A stretch of 64,000 nucleotides of DNA, from positions 1 to 64,000 of IMG/VR virus record IMGVR_UViG_3300029813_000617. One strand, given 5' to 3'. The DNA is from a virus. Below, one piece after another: positions 27,850 through 37,277 of the stretch (positions within the stretch are counted from its first letter, which is position 1; each line of letters starts with the position of its first letter). The notes under the pieces were generated by a model that worked only from the letters and a program-made list of their open reading frames with translations, did no database searches and was not told where the DNA came from. The translations under genes and the position numbers were made by a program.

Positions 27850-30800
27850 TTATTCGACCTGAATCAGAAACTCTTCCTTGATCGCAGGAGCGCTGACCAG
27901 GGAAATCTTGTCAATCCTGATATCGTAGAGGCCATCAGAACTATCCATACGGCCTTTCCCTAAGATGGAGAAACCCGTGAGTTCTCCCGTAAGGATGCGT
28001 TGTCGAACCTGTGGTGAGAGCACAGCAATCTCGATAACGGCTGTGCCCTTCCTGAACAGTCGCTTCCCAACACGAAAGCTCGCAGGGGCTTGAAAAATCT
28101 GGGTGAGCTTAACAGAACCCTTGGGAACCTTCTCACTATGCTCGATATCAATCTCATAGCCATCGATGGAGCGAAGGGCCTTGGTGATTTCCTCAGCAGT
28201 AACATGGTGCTCCTGGGCATCAGTTTTGCCAGGAATCAGAAGTGGCCCATAGAGGAACATACCCTTCTCGCTAGGAGGTGAGTGGAAGAGCCTAGAACTG
28301 AAGGAGAGAGACTTCGCTAAACGAAATTCCCCATCGCCAGCTGCAAACTCTTTCCATTTCTCTTCTAGCTTTTCATCAGTAATGGGGCCAAGCCATCTAC
28401 GACCTAACGAGTCAGCCTTGAGGACTTTGAGCAAGTCAGCATTCCAGACGATGTGCTTGAGTCGCTCCTTCTGTGCCTGGCGTTCTTTGGACTCACGGGA
28501 ATACTGGAGGATGTAGGGCCGAGGGTTTACAGTAACTCTGTTTATCATCCACCAGTCACCCTCTGCACCGATTTTCGTATACTCAGGTCTGGCTGCCAGG
28601 ATCTGAGCACCCCAGCGACCAGAGAGCTTTTTGGTTCGATCGAACCAGAAGAAGCCTTCGTGATAATCACTCTTGCGGACACCATAAGCGCATCTGCCAA
28701 AGTCTGCAAAAATGAAACGAGCTCCAGTTTTGACTGTAGCCCCAACAGCACCTGGCGGAGCCCAATAGATGAGCCGCTTCGGATTCACGATTGTGAGCCA
28801 AATGAGAGGTTGGACTGCTTCGTCGAGTCCCCTCTCAGCCTCAATAAGCACTCTGAGTGAAATAGGATCTGTGTCTAAAAGCTCAAATGCAAGTATCGTT
28901 CCCTCAGGTAGAACTGCATCCCCGATCTGTACGATCTCGAATTGCTTGTATGCCTCTAGCAACTCGGAGCTATTCTCAACGAGATGGAGATACCGCTCCT
29001 CATCGCAGAGGGGGTTTGGGCATTTCCTATGTGCTACGATCTTATCATCGGGCTGATTCTCGAGAAACTTGTCACGGATGGGGTAGATATACTTGTGCCC
29101 ACTCGCAAACTGTAAGACGATGGATGGAGCATCAACTGTATACCCGATGAGATGTTCTCCCTCAGGTGACCTCATACGCCAGTCGCCGTGAACGTTCCCA
29201 ACGTTCAGGATTTGGTCAAGAGACGGAAGAGATTTAGGAACTTTCTCATCAAGGAATCCATGGACAGCAGCTGAGACGTCTCCTCGCTTGTCAGCAGCAG
29301 CCTGAGCACGGCGCTTGAGAGTATCTAGGGAGCCTGTCAGAATAACTGGTTTATACTTGCGCCAAATGTCAGGAATGAGGCTCGAGTCGCTCCTGGCCTT
29401 AGTAAACTCAGCTCGGAGACTCTTGAGTTCATCTGGTGTCCAGATACCTCGTTCGTGGTGCATATAGACGAAGGGAAAGGTCTTATCAGGAGGCTGGTGA
29501 ACGAGATAGGGATCACCAAACTTACGCTCAGCCTCAGCCCGTTGCTTCTTGTGAGCGGGCTCATCGCCCTCACCAGAAGGCATACTAGACTCAAAGGCAT
29601 AAACTTGGATGCTAGTGTTTGCCAGATCGTAGTAACCCAACTGGAGTCCTTCACGAGGAGAGAGAAAGTCCTGGAACTCAATGGCTACCTTTTTAGTTGT
29701 GAAGCAAGCCAGATGGTTTTTGTCCCACCTGACACACCAAGCACTATGTGCTCCTGCTTCCTCGGGTCCATCCTGACGGAAGGATTTAGGGATAATCTGA
29801 GGAGGCTTCTGAGCTGCTTCGTTAAACTTTCGAATCTTAGTTTCAGCTTCTCTGACCCCTTCTTTGCCATAAGGCTTGATACCTGTCCCAGAAAGATCGC
29901 AGTAGCCAAATTGCCCTATCTCACTAGAGGGCTGCTTATCACGAAACTTCTCTGCATCATTTTTCTGTCGATAACATGCGATAGCTCTACCCTCTGCCCA
30001 AATCACGCACCAACCATGACCTGGCTCAGCGGTAAGAGGCCCCTCAGAAAGAAAGCGAGAAGGCTTGGTGGCCTCGCGAAGCTTTTGAGCTTCGGCGAAA
30101 TCATAGTTCCCAATCAAGAGTTCCTTCCGTGTACCAGGAGCCTGGCCTGTCCGAGTTTTTCGAGAATAGGTCGCATAGCGCATTCCAAGACTGACACCTT
30201 TGATGCTGGAGCCCTTGAAGGCTGCTCTGGTCCGCTTGCTATCGTACATAGAGAGCAGCCACTTACCACGAAGCCCCTTGAGGAACTTGGCCAGCCTTTC
30301 TGGCTCGGGGGCTGTAGATCCATAAGGTTGGAGATCACCACTGCCAAAGTGAGGGGGGTCAATATAGTGAAAGGTGGAAACTGAGTCATACTGCCGCATA
30401 GTCTTGAAAGCATCCTGTAGGGTGACAGTGACATCCCCCTTGAGCTTTTGGCTAGCAGCCTGAAGCTTAGCTACTACTCCAGCCCAGGAGCGAGTTTGAC
30501 CAGTCGAAGCAAAGCCCTTGGCAGGAGAGTCAGCCCAGGAGTTGAAGTTAAGGTAGAGGAACCGATAGAATCGCTCCCGCTTGCGGACAGGTTTCTGGTC
30601 TTTGAGAAACTGCCAGCGACTCTTGGACGGACGCCAGTTCTGTTTCTTGAGCCACTCAATGTCTGACGAGGAGATATTCCTGATGAACCTGAGAGCTGCT
30701 ATGATCTCAGGGTCCATATCGCCTAGGACAGATTTGGATGCTTTGTCCTTGGCAAAGAAAATCGTAGCCGAGCCACAGTAAGGCTCCACGTAAGCCTGGT

Positions 30801-32373
30801 GCTTAGGGATAAGTGGCAGGATGTGCTTGACCAGGAGTGTCTTGCCTCCTGGATGACCAAAGGGCCTGATAGATTTTTGGAGAGTCTTGGGTGACCGTTG
30901 TACGATCTTCTCAACGTCGGCCACAGTATCAGGCTTCTTTCGAGTTGGGTCATACTCGCGAACCCTAGGGAAGGTCCACGAATAGTGTTCCTTGCCCTCG
31001 TCATCCTTCCAGACTCGCATAAGGATCGGAGCGACAGTGATAATATCACCCAACTTGGGACCAGGATCGAGCTTGATCGCATAGGTATTCCCATAGGCCC
31101 AGTCACCACGCTCTCGATGCTCGAAGCCCTTAGCCATCTCCCAGATTTGGGGATCGTCAGTGCCCTTCCAGACTCCGCCCTCATGCTCGGCGTCGAACTT
31201 GAGAGTGAGATCTCCAGGGGCCAGTTTATGCTGAGAGTCAATAGGGATTAGCTTAGAGTCATCGCGAACTGCACACCTATAGTAGAAAGTTTGGGAGTCT
31301 TTCTGGAGCTTACGAAAAGCTTTGAGGGCCTCTTCGCCTTCGAGGTTACGCTTGGAGCGATCAGGCCAAGGGTTAGGTTTGCGAGTTCGACCTATAACTT
31401 GGACATGCAGTTCAGAGACCATCTTGAGCTTTCCCCAATCGGCAGTCTCTTCTCGAGTGCGACCCCGAAGAGGATAATCAGAGTCCAGAGTCTTGACCAT
31501 TGCACCCTCGCTGCCAGGATAAGCGATGGCCTTGTCAAGGGCAGCCATAAAGTCAGCCTTGGATTTGGCAGTCCAAGTCACAGCTTTTCTAAGATGCTTC
31601 TTATCCTTGGGGAGCATCCTGGAAAGAGATGCAAGGCGTTCAGAGTAGGACTTGGTATTGAGTGCCTGACCATCCAGATAGAGAACGTCGTGGATGTTGA
31701 TCCGAATATCCTCTCCCTTGACAGGAGTTTTGCCTACGATGACCCTGACCATCTCTCTGCGAGGGATAGGCTGCTCTTTCTGCCAGAGCACTAGTTCGAC
31801 ATCTACAATCCCCGACTTGATCGGAAGGCCGCGAACCTCGGAGACGACATCAGGAAGAATTGAGGCACGGTCACGCTTCTTGTCTTCAGTATAGATGGCT
31901 ACTCGCTCTCCTTCCCAGTGGATAAGTAGTCTCAGGCCATCATACTTGGGCTGAATAGCGATAGGGCGATTAGCCTCCAGGCGTTCCTTAGCCCAAAGCT
32001 CATACAGGTCACCCTTGTTATTGAATTCGAACTGACCATAGCCAGTACGAGCTTTCAGGGGCGTGAAGGGCTTGAAGAGAGTCACCTGCTGCTCAGCGAG
32101 AACGAGAGTCTGTGCATCATCCTCGGGCAGACTGGATACGAATAATGCGACTCGCTCCTCATGAGAGAGCTCAGCTAGGCTCTCCCCAGATAGCTCTAGG
32201 CAGTCAGTAGGATAGAGGTTTCCTTCATGACCAAGGGTGGGTAGTGAAAATGAGGACAGACCCAGTTCTCGATATCGACTCAGGCTATCGGCGTAGTCAC
32301 CCGAGACATCGTTACCATCTGCATCCAGGACGAAGCAGATATTTTTGATTTTTCGAATCAGGAGTTCAGCCAT
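27850..32373 (-). CDS. Polyprotein: ATP-dependent DNA ligase + Dam-like adenine MTase + two repeats + LigD-like phosphoesterase + XkdF-like prohead protease
   Basis: Ligase QPKYDG, EGAMVK, WGKLK; MTase GGK..L..YVEPYCGS and YIDPPH; phosphoesterase FVYMHH...HGDWR...KLSGRW; XkdF-like YGPLLIP..D.Q...EEI..A...IDIEH...GELTGFSI.G. Confidence 0.8.
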   Translation of the reverse strand: MAELLIRKIKNICFVLDADGNDVSGDYADSLSRYRELGLSSFSLPTLGHEGNLYPTDCLELSGESLAELSHEERVALFVSSLPEDDAQTLVLAEQQVTLFKPFTPLKARTGYGQFEFNNKGDLYELWAKERLEANRPIAIQPKYDGLRLLIHWEGERVAIYTEDKKRDRASILPDVVSEVRGLPIKSGIVDVELVLWQKEQPIPRREMVRVIVGKTPVKGEDIRINIHDVLYLDGQALNTKSYSERLASLSRMLPKDKKHLRKAVTWTAKSKADFMAALDKAIAYPGSEGAMVKTLDSDYPLRGRTREETADWGKLKMVSELHVQVIGRTRKPNPWPDRSKRNLEGEEALKAFRKLQKDSQTFYYRCAVRDDSKLIPIDSQHKLAPGDLTLKFDAEHEGGVWKGTDDPQIWEMAKGFEHRERGDWAYGNTYAIKLDPGPKLGDIITVAPILMRVWKDDEGKEHYSWTFPRVREYDPTRKKPDTVADVEKIVQRSPKTLQKSIRPFGHPGGKTLLVKHILPLIPKHQAYVEPYCGSATIFFAKDKASKSVLGDMDPEIIAALRFIRNISSSDIEWLKKQNWRPSKSRWQFLKDQKPVRKRERFYRFLYLNFNSWADSPAKGFASTGQTRSWAGVVAKLQAASQKLKGDVTVTLQDAFKTMRQYDSVSTFHYIDPPHFGSGDLQPYGSTAPEPERLAKFLKGLRGKWLLSMYDSKRTRAAFKGSSIKGVSLGMRYATYSRKTRTGQAPGTRKELLIGNYDFAEAQKLREATKPSRFLSEGPLTAEPGHGWCVIWAEGRAIACYRQKNDAEKFRDKQPSSEIGQFGYCDLSGTGIKPYGKEGVREAETKIRKFNEAAQKPPQIIPKSFRQDGPEEAGAHSAWCVRWDKNHLACFTTKKVAIEFQDFLSPREGLQLGYYDLANTSIQVYAFESSMPSGEGDEPAHKKQRAEAERKFGDPYLVHQPPDKTFPFVYMHHERGIWTPDELKSLRAEFTKARSDSSLIPDIWRKYKPVILTGSLDTLKRRAQAAADKRGDVSAAVHGFLDEKVPKSLPSLDQILNVGNVHGDWRMRSPEGEHLIGYTVDAPSIVLQFASGHKYIYPIRDKFLENQPDDKIVAHRKCPNPLCDEERYLHLVENSSELLEAYKQFEIVQIGDAVLPEGTILAFELLDTDPISLRVLIEAERGLDEAVQPLIWLTIVNPKRLIYWAPPGAVGATVKTGARFIFADFGRCAYGVRKSDYHEGFFWFDRTKKLSGRWGAQILAARPEYTKIGAEGDWWMINRVTVNPRPYILQYSRESKERQAQKERLKHIVWNADLLKVLKADSLGRRWLGPITDEKLEEKWKEFAAGDGEFRLAKSLSFSSRLFHSPPSEKGMFLYGPLLIPGKTDAQEHHVTAEEITKALRSIDGYEIDIEHSEKVPKGSVKLTQIFQAPASFRVGKRLFRKGTAVIEIAVLSPQVRQRILTGELTGFSILGKGRMDSSDGLYDIRIDKISLVSAPAIKEEFLIQVE

Positions 32374-32392
32374 TACTGTTCACCTCAGGACC

Positions 32393-32420
32393 ATTCTACA
32401 CCAAACTGGAAGTTAGTCAA
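32393..32420 (-). promoter_or_regulatory. Sigma70-type promoter for the polyprotein/capsid genes
   Basis: TTGACT-16 nt-TAGAAT. Confidence 0.6.
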
Positions 32421-32518
32421 GCCCGCTCCAGACAAACCTGAAAATGCCAGTGATCAGTGAAAGAATGTTGGTCTGCATCAGTTTTTATTCTCGCTCTCTA
32501 GATAAGGCCGATCACAAC

Positions 32519-32989
32519 CTATTTTTCAAGCCTTAAGATCCAAGTCGTGGATTCATCGCTAAGTCCAAACCCGCACTTCTCAAAGAGCTTTATCGATCGA
32601 GTATTATGACTGGAGATGGACGCCCGGAGCTCATGTAGCCCCAGCTCCCAAGCTTTTGCTATTGTCGCTCTCAACAACTTCTCTCCTAAACCCTTACCCT
32701 GCGAAATGGGAGAGATACAAACTCCTATCTCTGCTCCGCTCACTCCAGCAGACTGTCGTAGCTGGCTATAACCGAAGAACCAACCCGGACGGCAACCTAT
32801 GTAGATGCGCCACTCGGACTGTTCTAAGTACTTGCTAAACCAAGCCTTCTGCTCTTCCACGGTGATAGGTCTAGGATCTCGTAGCCACCTGTACACTTCA
32901 GGGTTGCTACGTGTCAATCGCACAAACTCGAGTGTTCCCTCGCTCAGGGGTTCTAAGATGATATCACCAGCCAGTATTGATAACATCAA
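32519..32989 (-). CDS. GNAT N-acetyltransferase (PseH/RimJ-like)
   Basis: QGKGLG motif and N.RSIKLFEKCGF. Confidence 0.8.
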   Translation of the reverse strand: MMLSILAGDIILEPLSEGTLEFVRLTRSNPEVYRWLRDPRPITVEEQKAWFSKYLEQSEWRIYIGCRPGWFFGYSQLRQSAGVSGAEIGVCISPISQGKGLGEKLLRATIAKAWELGLHELRASISSHNTRSIKLFEKCGFGLSDESTTWILRLEK

Positions 32990-34073
32990 TCACCTTTTCG
33001 ATATCCTCATCTGATAGACCCAGGTGCAACGGAAGAGAAATCAACCTCTCAGAACAAAGTTGTGCCACGGGAGTCTCACTTATAAGACCACCATAGATAG
33101 AGTAGGAGTTGTTCGGTATATAATGGACTCCTGGCTCGATACCGTTCCCTTTCAGCTTTTTTATGAGGCCATTTCGGTTTCTTGCTTGGATCCAAAAAAG
33201 ATGCTGAGCACAGGTTCTAGTAGGATCTGATAGGGGCATCTTAATCACAATGTCTCTATGAATCAAACCCTCGCTGTACATCACTGCGATCTGCCTGCGT
33301 CGCTCGTTTCCTGCTTCCAGTACCTTGAGCTGGGCTAAGCCAATAGCAGCGATTACGTCATTCATATGATACTTGTAGCCTATCTCAGTAACATCATACT
33401 GCCACGCGTAGGCTCCAGTATCCTCCTCAGTACGTCTCCAAGTATCCTTGTCTATGCCTAGCCATCGTAGTCGCTTGGCCCTTTCTGCATATTTGCGACT
33501 CGAGGTAGTTAGCATTCCGCCATCAGCCGTAGGGAGATTTTTGACAGCGTGGAAGCTGAAACAGGTCAAGCCAGAACCCCCGATAAGGCGATTTATGTAG
33601 GTGCTCCCACAGGCATGAGCGGCGTCTTCGATAACAGTAATACCCAAGTGTCTGGCAGGCTCTTGCAACATAGCAAGGTCACAAGGCCAGCCCCCAAAGT
33701 GGACACACATAATAGCCTTAGTCTTCGGAGTGATTAGCTTCACTACAGACGCCGGATCAATGTTACACGTCCTAGCCCTAACATCAGCCCAGATAGGGGT
33801 TGCCCCACAGTATCGAATCGCATGATTAGTAGACACAAAAGTAAGTGGGGTCGTTATTACCTCATCACCAGGTCCCACTCCAACTAGCAAGAGAGCTAGG
33901 TGCAAAGCAGCTGTACCTGAGTTGAGAGCAACTGCATACTTCGCTCCTACGTATTCAGCAAATGCTTTCTCAAACCCGGCGGTCTTGGGTCCCAGGCCAA
34001 TCCAGCCCGACCTGAGAACTTCCTCGACCGCTTTAATAGCCTCTTCTGTAATGTATGGCTTAAACAACTGCAC
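32964..34073 (-). CDS. DegT/DnrJ/EryC1/StrS sugar aminotransferase
   Basis: SGTAALHLA, IEDAAHA, FSFHAVKNL..ADGG. Confidence 0.92.
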   Translation of the reverse strand: MQLFKPYITEEAIKAVEEVLRSGWIGLGPKTAGFEKAFAEYVGAKYAVALNSGTAALHLALLLVGVGPGDEVITTPLTFVSTNHAIRYCGATPIWADVRARTCNIDPASVVKLITPKTKAIMCVHFGGWPCDLAMLQEPARHLGITVIEDAAHACGSTYINRLIGGSGLTCFSFHAVKNLPTADGGMLTTSSRKYAERAKRLRWLGIDKDTWRRTEEDTGAYAWQYDVTEIGYKYHMNDVIAAIGLAQLKVLEAGNERRRQIAVMYSEGLIHRDIVIKMPLSDPTRTCAQHLFWIQARNRNGLIKKLKGNGIEPGVHYIPNNSYSIYGGLISETPVAQLCSERLISLPLHLGLSDEDIEKVIDVINTGW

Positions 34074-34076
34074 CTC

Positions 34077-34772
34077 TCAGTCCTCCCACGGAGTAAAGTC
34101 TTTGTTCCAATAGTTGTCACTGGATTTATGGATCTTATCTGCCAGAGTGATTGGGACATGCTCTATCTTGAAATGTTGTGCAATTCTGAACCAATAGTCC
34201 CAATCTGCCGTCGCGGAATAGGAAGCACCTGGGTGAGAATATCTCCCGTGCTTATTTCTGAAATATCCCACTTTATCAATGACCTCTCTGCGATGCATTA
34301 CTGCCAAGACTGCTATGAGATTTGTGCGTTTCATCATCTCCATATCAAAATCGCGAGATAGATCACGCCTGGCAATCTCTCCCTGCCCATATAGGTTTCT
34401 GTGCCAAACATAGTCACAAAAGGCTAGTCCGACGCCTGGATGTGCGTCTAAGTAAGCACTCATAATCTCTAAGAACTTGAGTTTGTAAGTGTCATCATGG
34501 TCAAGATAGCAAAAGTACTTCCCACGAGCAATCCTCATACCGTCATTCCTAACACACTCGCCCTGCCTTAGATATGGCCCCGCCTTTTTGATATAGATGA
34601 TTCTGGAATCATCAAACTGCTTGATTACTTGTTCAGTGTTGTCAGGAGAGACGTCATCAATGATAATAAGCTCGAAGTTGGGCATGGTTTGGAGTAACAC
34701 GCTTCTAATAGATCTCTCGATGAAGCGTGCTCCTTTGTAGGTAGGCATTATGACAGATACTAAGGGGTTCAT
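34077..34772 (-). CDS. GT2 glycosyltransferase
   Basis: VSVIMPTY, IIDD.S.D, YLDHDD, DWDYW; start inferred at MNPLVSV. Confidence 0.88.
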   Translation of the reverse strand: MNPLVSVIMPTYKGARFIERSIRSVLLQTMPNFELIIIDDVSPDNTEQVIKQFDDSRIIYIKKAGPYLRQGECVRNDGMRIARGKYFCYLDHDDTYKLKFLEIMSAYLDAHPGVGLAFCDYVWHRNLYGQGEIARRDLSRDFDMEMMKRTNLIAVLAVMHRREVIDKVGYFRNKHGRYSHPGASYSATADWDYWFRIAQHFKIEHVPITLADKIHKSSDNYWNKDFTPWED

Positions 34773-34774
34773 TA

Positions 34775-35896
34775 TTACTCTCTTGCTATTCTGATGATTT
34801 GGCAAACCCTACTGATCTCTCTCTGACTCACAGAGGTGCCAGTAGGCAGACAGAGCACTTGCTGAGTTAGGAGATCAGTCTCTGGCAACAACAGGCCCTC
34901 GTAAAAAGGGGAAGAGTGATACGGCTCCATGCGATGGCAGCCTGGATAGAAGTAACGTCGAGCAAGTACATTCTCGGCATGCAGAACCTCAACTAGGTGA
35001 TCCCGACTGATACCAGAAATCGCCTCATTGATCTCTAAAACGATGTACTGATAATTACACTTCTCGGTTTCGTCATAGGCTAGGAGCTGAATTCCAGGTA
35101 TGCCCTCCAACTCCTCTCGATATCGCTTATAGTTGCGGTAGTTGACAGCAACAAACTCACTAAAACTCTCCAGTCCCGTCAGCCCCATTGCTGCCGATAT
35201 CTCACTCATCTTGCCATTAGTGCCAACGCTAACAACGTTATCATAGCCTGCAAAACCAAAGTTCTTCATCAAGCGAACCCTGGCAGCTAAGTCATCATCG
35301 TTGGTAGTTATCGCCCCACCCTCGAAAGTATTGAGAATTTTTGTCGCATGGAAACTAAACATCTCAGCATTGCCAAAACTACCAACCATTTGCCCTTTGT
35401 GCGAACATCCAAAGGCATGGGCAGCATCAAACAGGAGCTTTAGACCTTGTCGCTGTGCAAGCTTAGTTAACACTTCTATATTACAGGGCCGTCCCCATAC
35501 ATGAACGCCGATAATGCCAGTAGTACGTAATGTGATCAGTCGCCTCACTTGATCTGGATCTATGTTACAAGTGTAAGGATCAATATCGCAGAAGACAGGC
35601 GTAATTCCCAGCCACTGCAAAGCATGAGCTGTAGCAATAAAGGTAAATGAAGGCACAATGACTTCGCCAGACAGCCCCAATGCTCGGATAGCGACCTCCA
35701 GCGCAACAGTACCATTACAAGCAGCAACACAATGCTTGACTCCTAAAAGGTCAGCAACGCGCTGCTCGAATTCCTGCACATAGCGACCCCTGTTAGTCAA
35801 CCAGTGTCTATCCAGGAGATCGTTGATACGCTCTAGTAGACATTCACGACTGCCGATATTAGGACGACCGACGTGTAGTGGACTCATAATAGTCAA
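34775..35896 (-). CDS. DegT-family aminotransferase (VioA/DesI-like NDP-4-keto-6-deoxyhexose transaminase)
   Basis: LHVGRPNIG, FDAAHAFG, SFHATK..NTFEGG, GTNGKMSE, ARRYF.P. Confidence 0.9.
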   Translation of the reverse strand: MTIMSPLHVGRPNIGSRECLLERINDLLDRHWLTNRGRYVQEFEQRVADLLGVKHCVAACNGTVALEVAIRALGLSGEVIVPSFTFIATAHALQWLGITPVFCDIDPYTCNIDPDQVRRLITLRTTGIIGVHVWGRPCNIEVLTKLAQRQGLKLLFDAAHAFGCSHKGQMVGSFGNAEMFSFHATKILNTFEGGAITTNDDDLAARVRLMKNFGFAGYDNVVSVGTNGKMSEISAAMGLTGLESFSEFVAVNYRNYKRYREELEGIPGIQLLAYDETEKCNYQYIVLEINEAISGISRDHLVEVLHAENVLARRYFYPGCHRMEPYHSSPFYEGLLLPETDLLTQQVLCLPTGTSVSQREISRVCQIIRIARE

Positions 35897-36543
35897 ACGG
35901 CATCAACCTTTCGTATAACCCTGGCAGGAACCCCATAGGCCACCATATTATCGGGGACATATCTTAGCACAACAGCGCCAGCCCCCACCAGGGAACCCCT
36001 ACCGATAGTTACATGCTCTATAACTATTGCTCCGATGCCAACCCACGCAGCTGAACATACCCTTACTCCGCCAGCCAGACAAACTCCTGGGCAAATGTGA
36101 ACTCCATCACCTATGATGCAGTGGTGACCAATACTAGTGCAAGAATTGATTATTGCGTTCTCTCCGATCGTTGCCCCAGGTTTTATCACTGCCCCAGCCC
36201 CAATCACAGTACCTGAGCCGACAGGCACGTCAGCTGCGATGACAGCACTGGGATGAATGGCGGTAGCCAATCTAAAGCCACTATCACGAACCAGTTTGGA
36301 CAACCTTAGTCGTGCTCTGCAGTTCCCGAACGCAAGAATACAGTACTCGACACCCATTTCCTTGAGATTGTCTAATTGTTCCTTTCCACCAAGAATAAAG
36401 GCTTCACAGAACTCTATACCACGACGCTCGGGATTCACATCGTCGAGAAATCCTACAATCTCGTACTCGCCCTGCAAGCGTACAATGTCGGCAACCACTA
36501 AAGCGTGTCCTGAAGCACCCCAGACCACCAACTTGCGTTTCAC
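35893..36543 (-). CDS. Sugar N/O-acetyltransferase (PglD/NeuD-like, left-handed beta-helix)
   Basis: WGASGHA, IHPSA, hexapeptide repeats, GVPAR. Confidence 0.9.
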   Translation of the reverse strand: MKRKLVVWGASGHALVVADIVRLQGEYEIVGFLDDVNPERRGIEFCEAFILGGKEQLDNLKEMGVEYCILAFGNCRARLRLSKLVRDSGFRLATAIHPSAVIAADVPVGSGTVIGAGAVIKPGATIGENAIINSCTSIGHHCIIGDGVHICPGVCLAGGVRVCSAAWVGIGAIVIEHVTIGRGSLVGAGAVVLRYVPDNMVAYGVPARVIRKVDAV

Positions 36544-36549
36544 GAGGTA

Positions 36550-36678
36550 CTATCTCCTTTTCGATACGTCGCTATCAACCGAATACAGATGAACATCTTT
36601 GCACCAACGAAGCACTTTACAGATTTCGAGACCGACTTCTGTGCCTCCTGGAAACACCAAAACTCTGTAGGGTCTCAC
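36550..36678 (-). pseudogene. Truncated N-terminus of an ATP-grasp-type polysaccharide-locus protein
   Basis: 42 codons RVLVFPGGTEVGLEI..., GTGA-coupled to the upstream gene, then an early stop. Confidence 0.5.
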
Positions 36679-37277
36679 ACTCCTGCCTCTGAAGGTAGGA
36701 TGCGCTGGCAAATAAGCATATTGGGAACCTCCTGAACTCTCTCCCATTCAGGATTATTAGTTAGCACCTGGTTTACGGCCTTTGCAACGCTTTTCCACTC
36801 AATGTCATGGAAGGCAACATGACCACCCACAACAACCCATTTTAGGAATCCGCAGTCACTAAGAACTGTTGCGGTGTCATGACCACCGTCTATGAAAAGT
36901 AAACCTACTGGCTCCCAATCTAACTTAACAGCATCCAGGGAGTTCATCTCGTGAACTTCAATCTTATGTCTCCAAGGCTTCACATTCCGCTCAAAAATGT
37001 CGCGAGTATCGGGTTTTTTTGAGGGTACAATTCCCCGCCCTGTTTTATCTCTGGGAACTCTACCACCCCTCGGAGCTTTCACAAGAAAGTAATCAATGCA
37101 GATCACTTTTCTCGCCACAGGAGCCATTGCAACGGTTGATTTGCCGAAATAGCTACCAACCTCCAGCACAACTTGATCCCGCGCAAGGCGCTCTAACACC
37201 TCAGCCTGTGCCAAGGATAACCAGCCGAAAACTTTAGCTATTCGCTGAGATAACGATATCTCCGCCATAGTACTCAC
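36675..37277 (-). CDS. Class I SAM methyltransferase (Methyltransf_24-like)
   Basis: LEVGSYFGKST, LFIDGGH, FHD. Confidence 0.85.
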   Translation of the reverse strand: MSTMAEISLSQRIAKVFGWLSLAQAEVLERLARDQVVLEVGSYFGKSTVAMAPVARKVICIDYFLVKAPRGGRVPRDKTGRGIVPSKKPDTRDIFERNVKPWRHKIEVHEMNSLDAVKLDWEPVGLLFIDGGHDTATVLSDCGFLKWVVVGGHVAFHDIEWKSVAKAVNQVLTNNPEWERVQEVPNMLICQRILPSEAGV

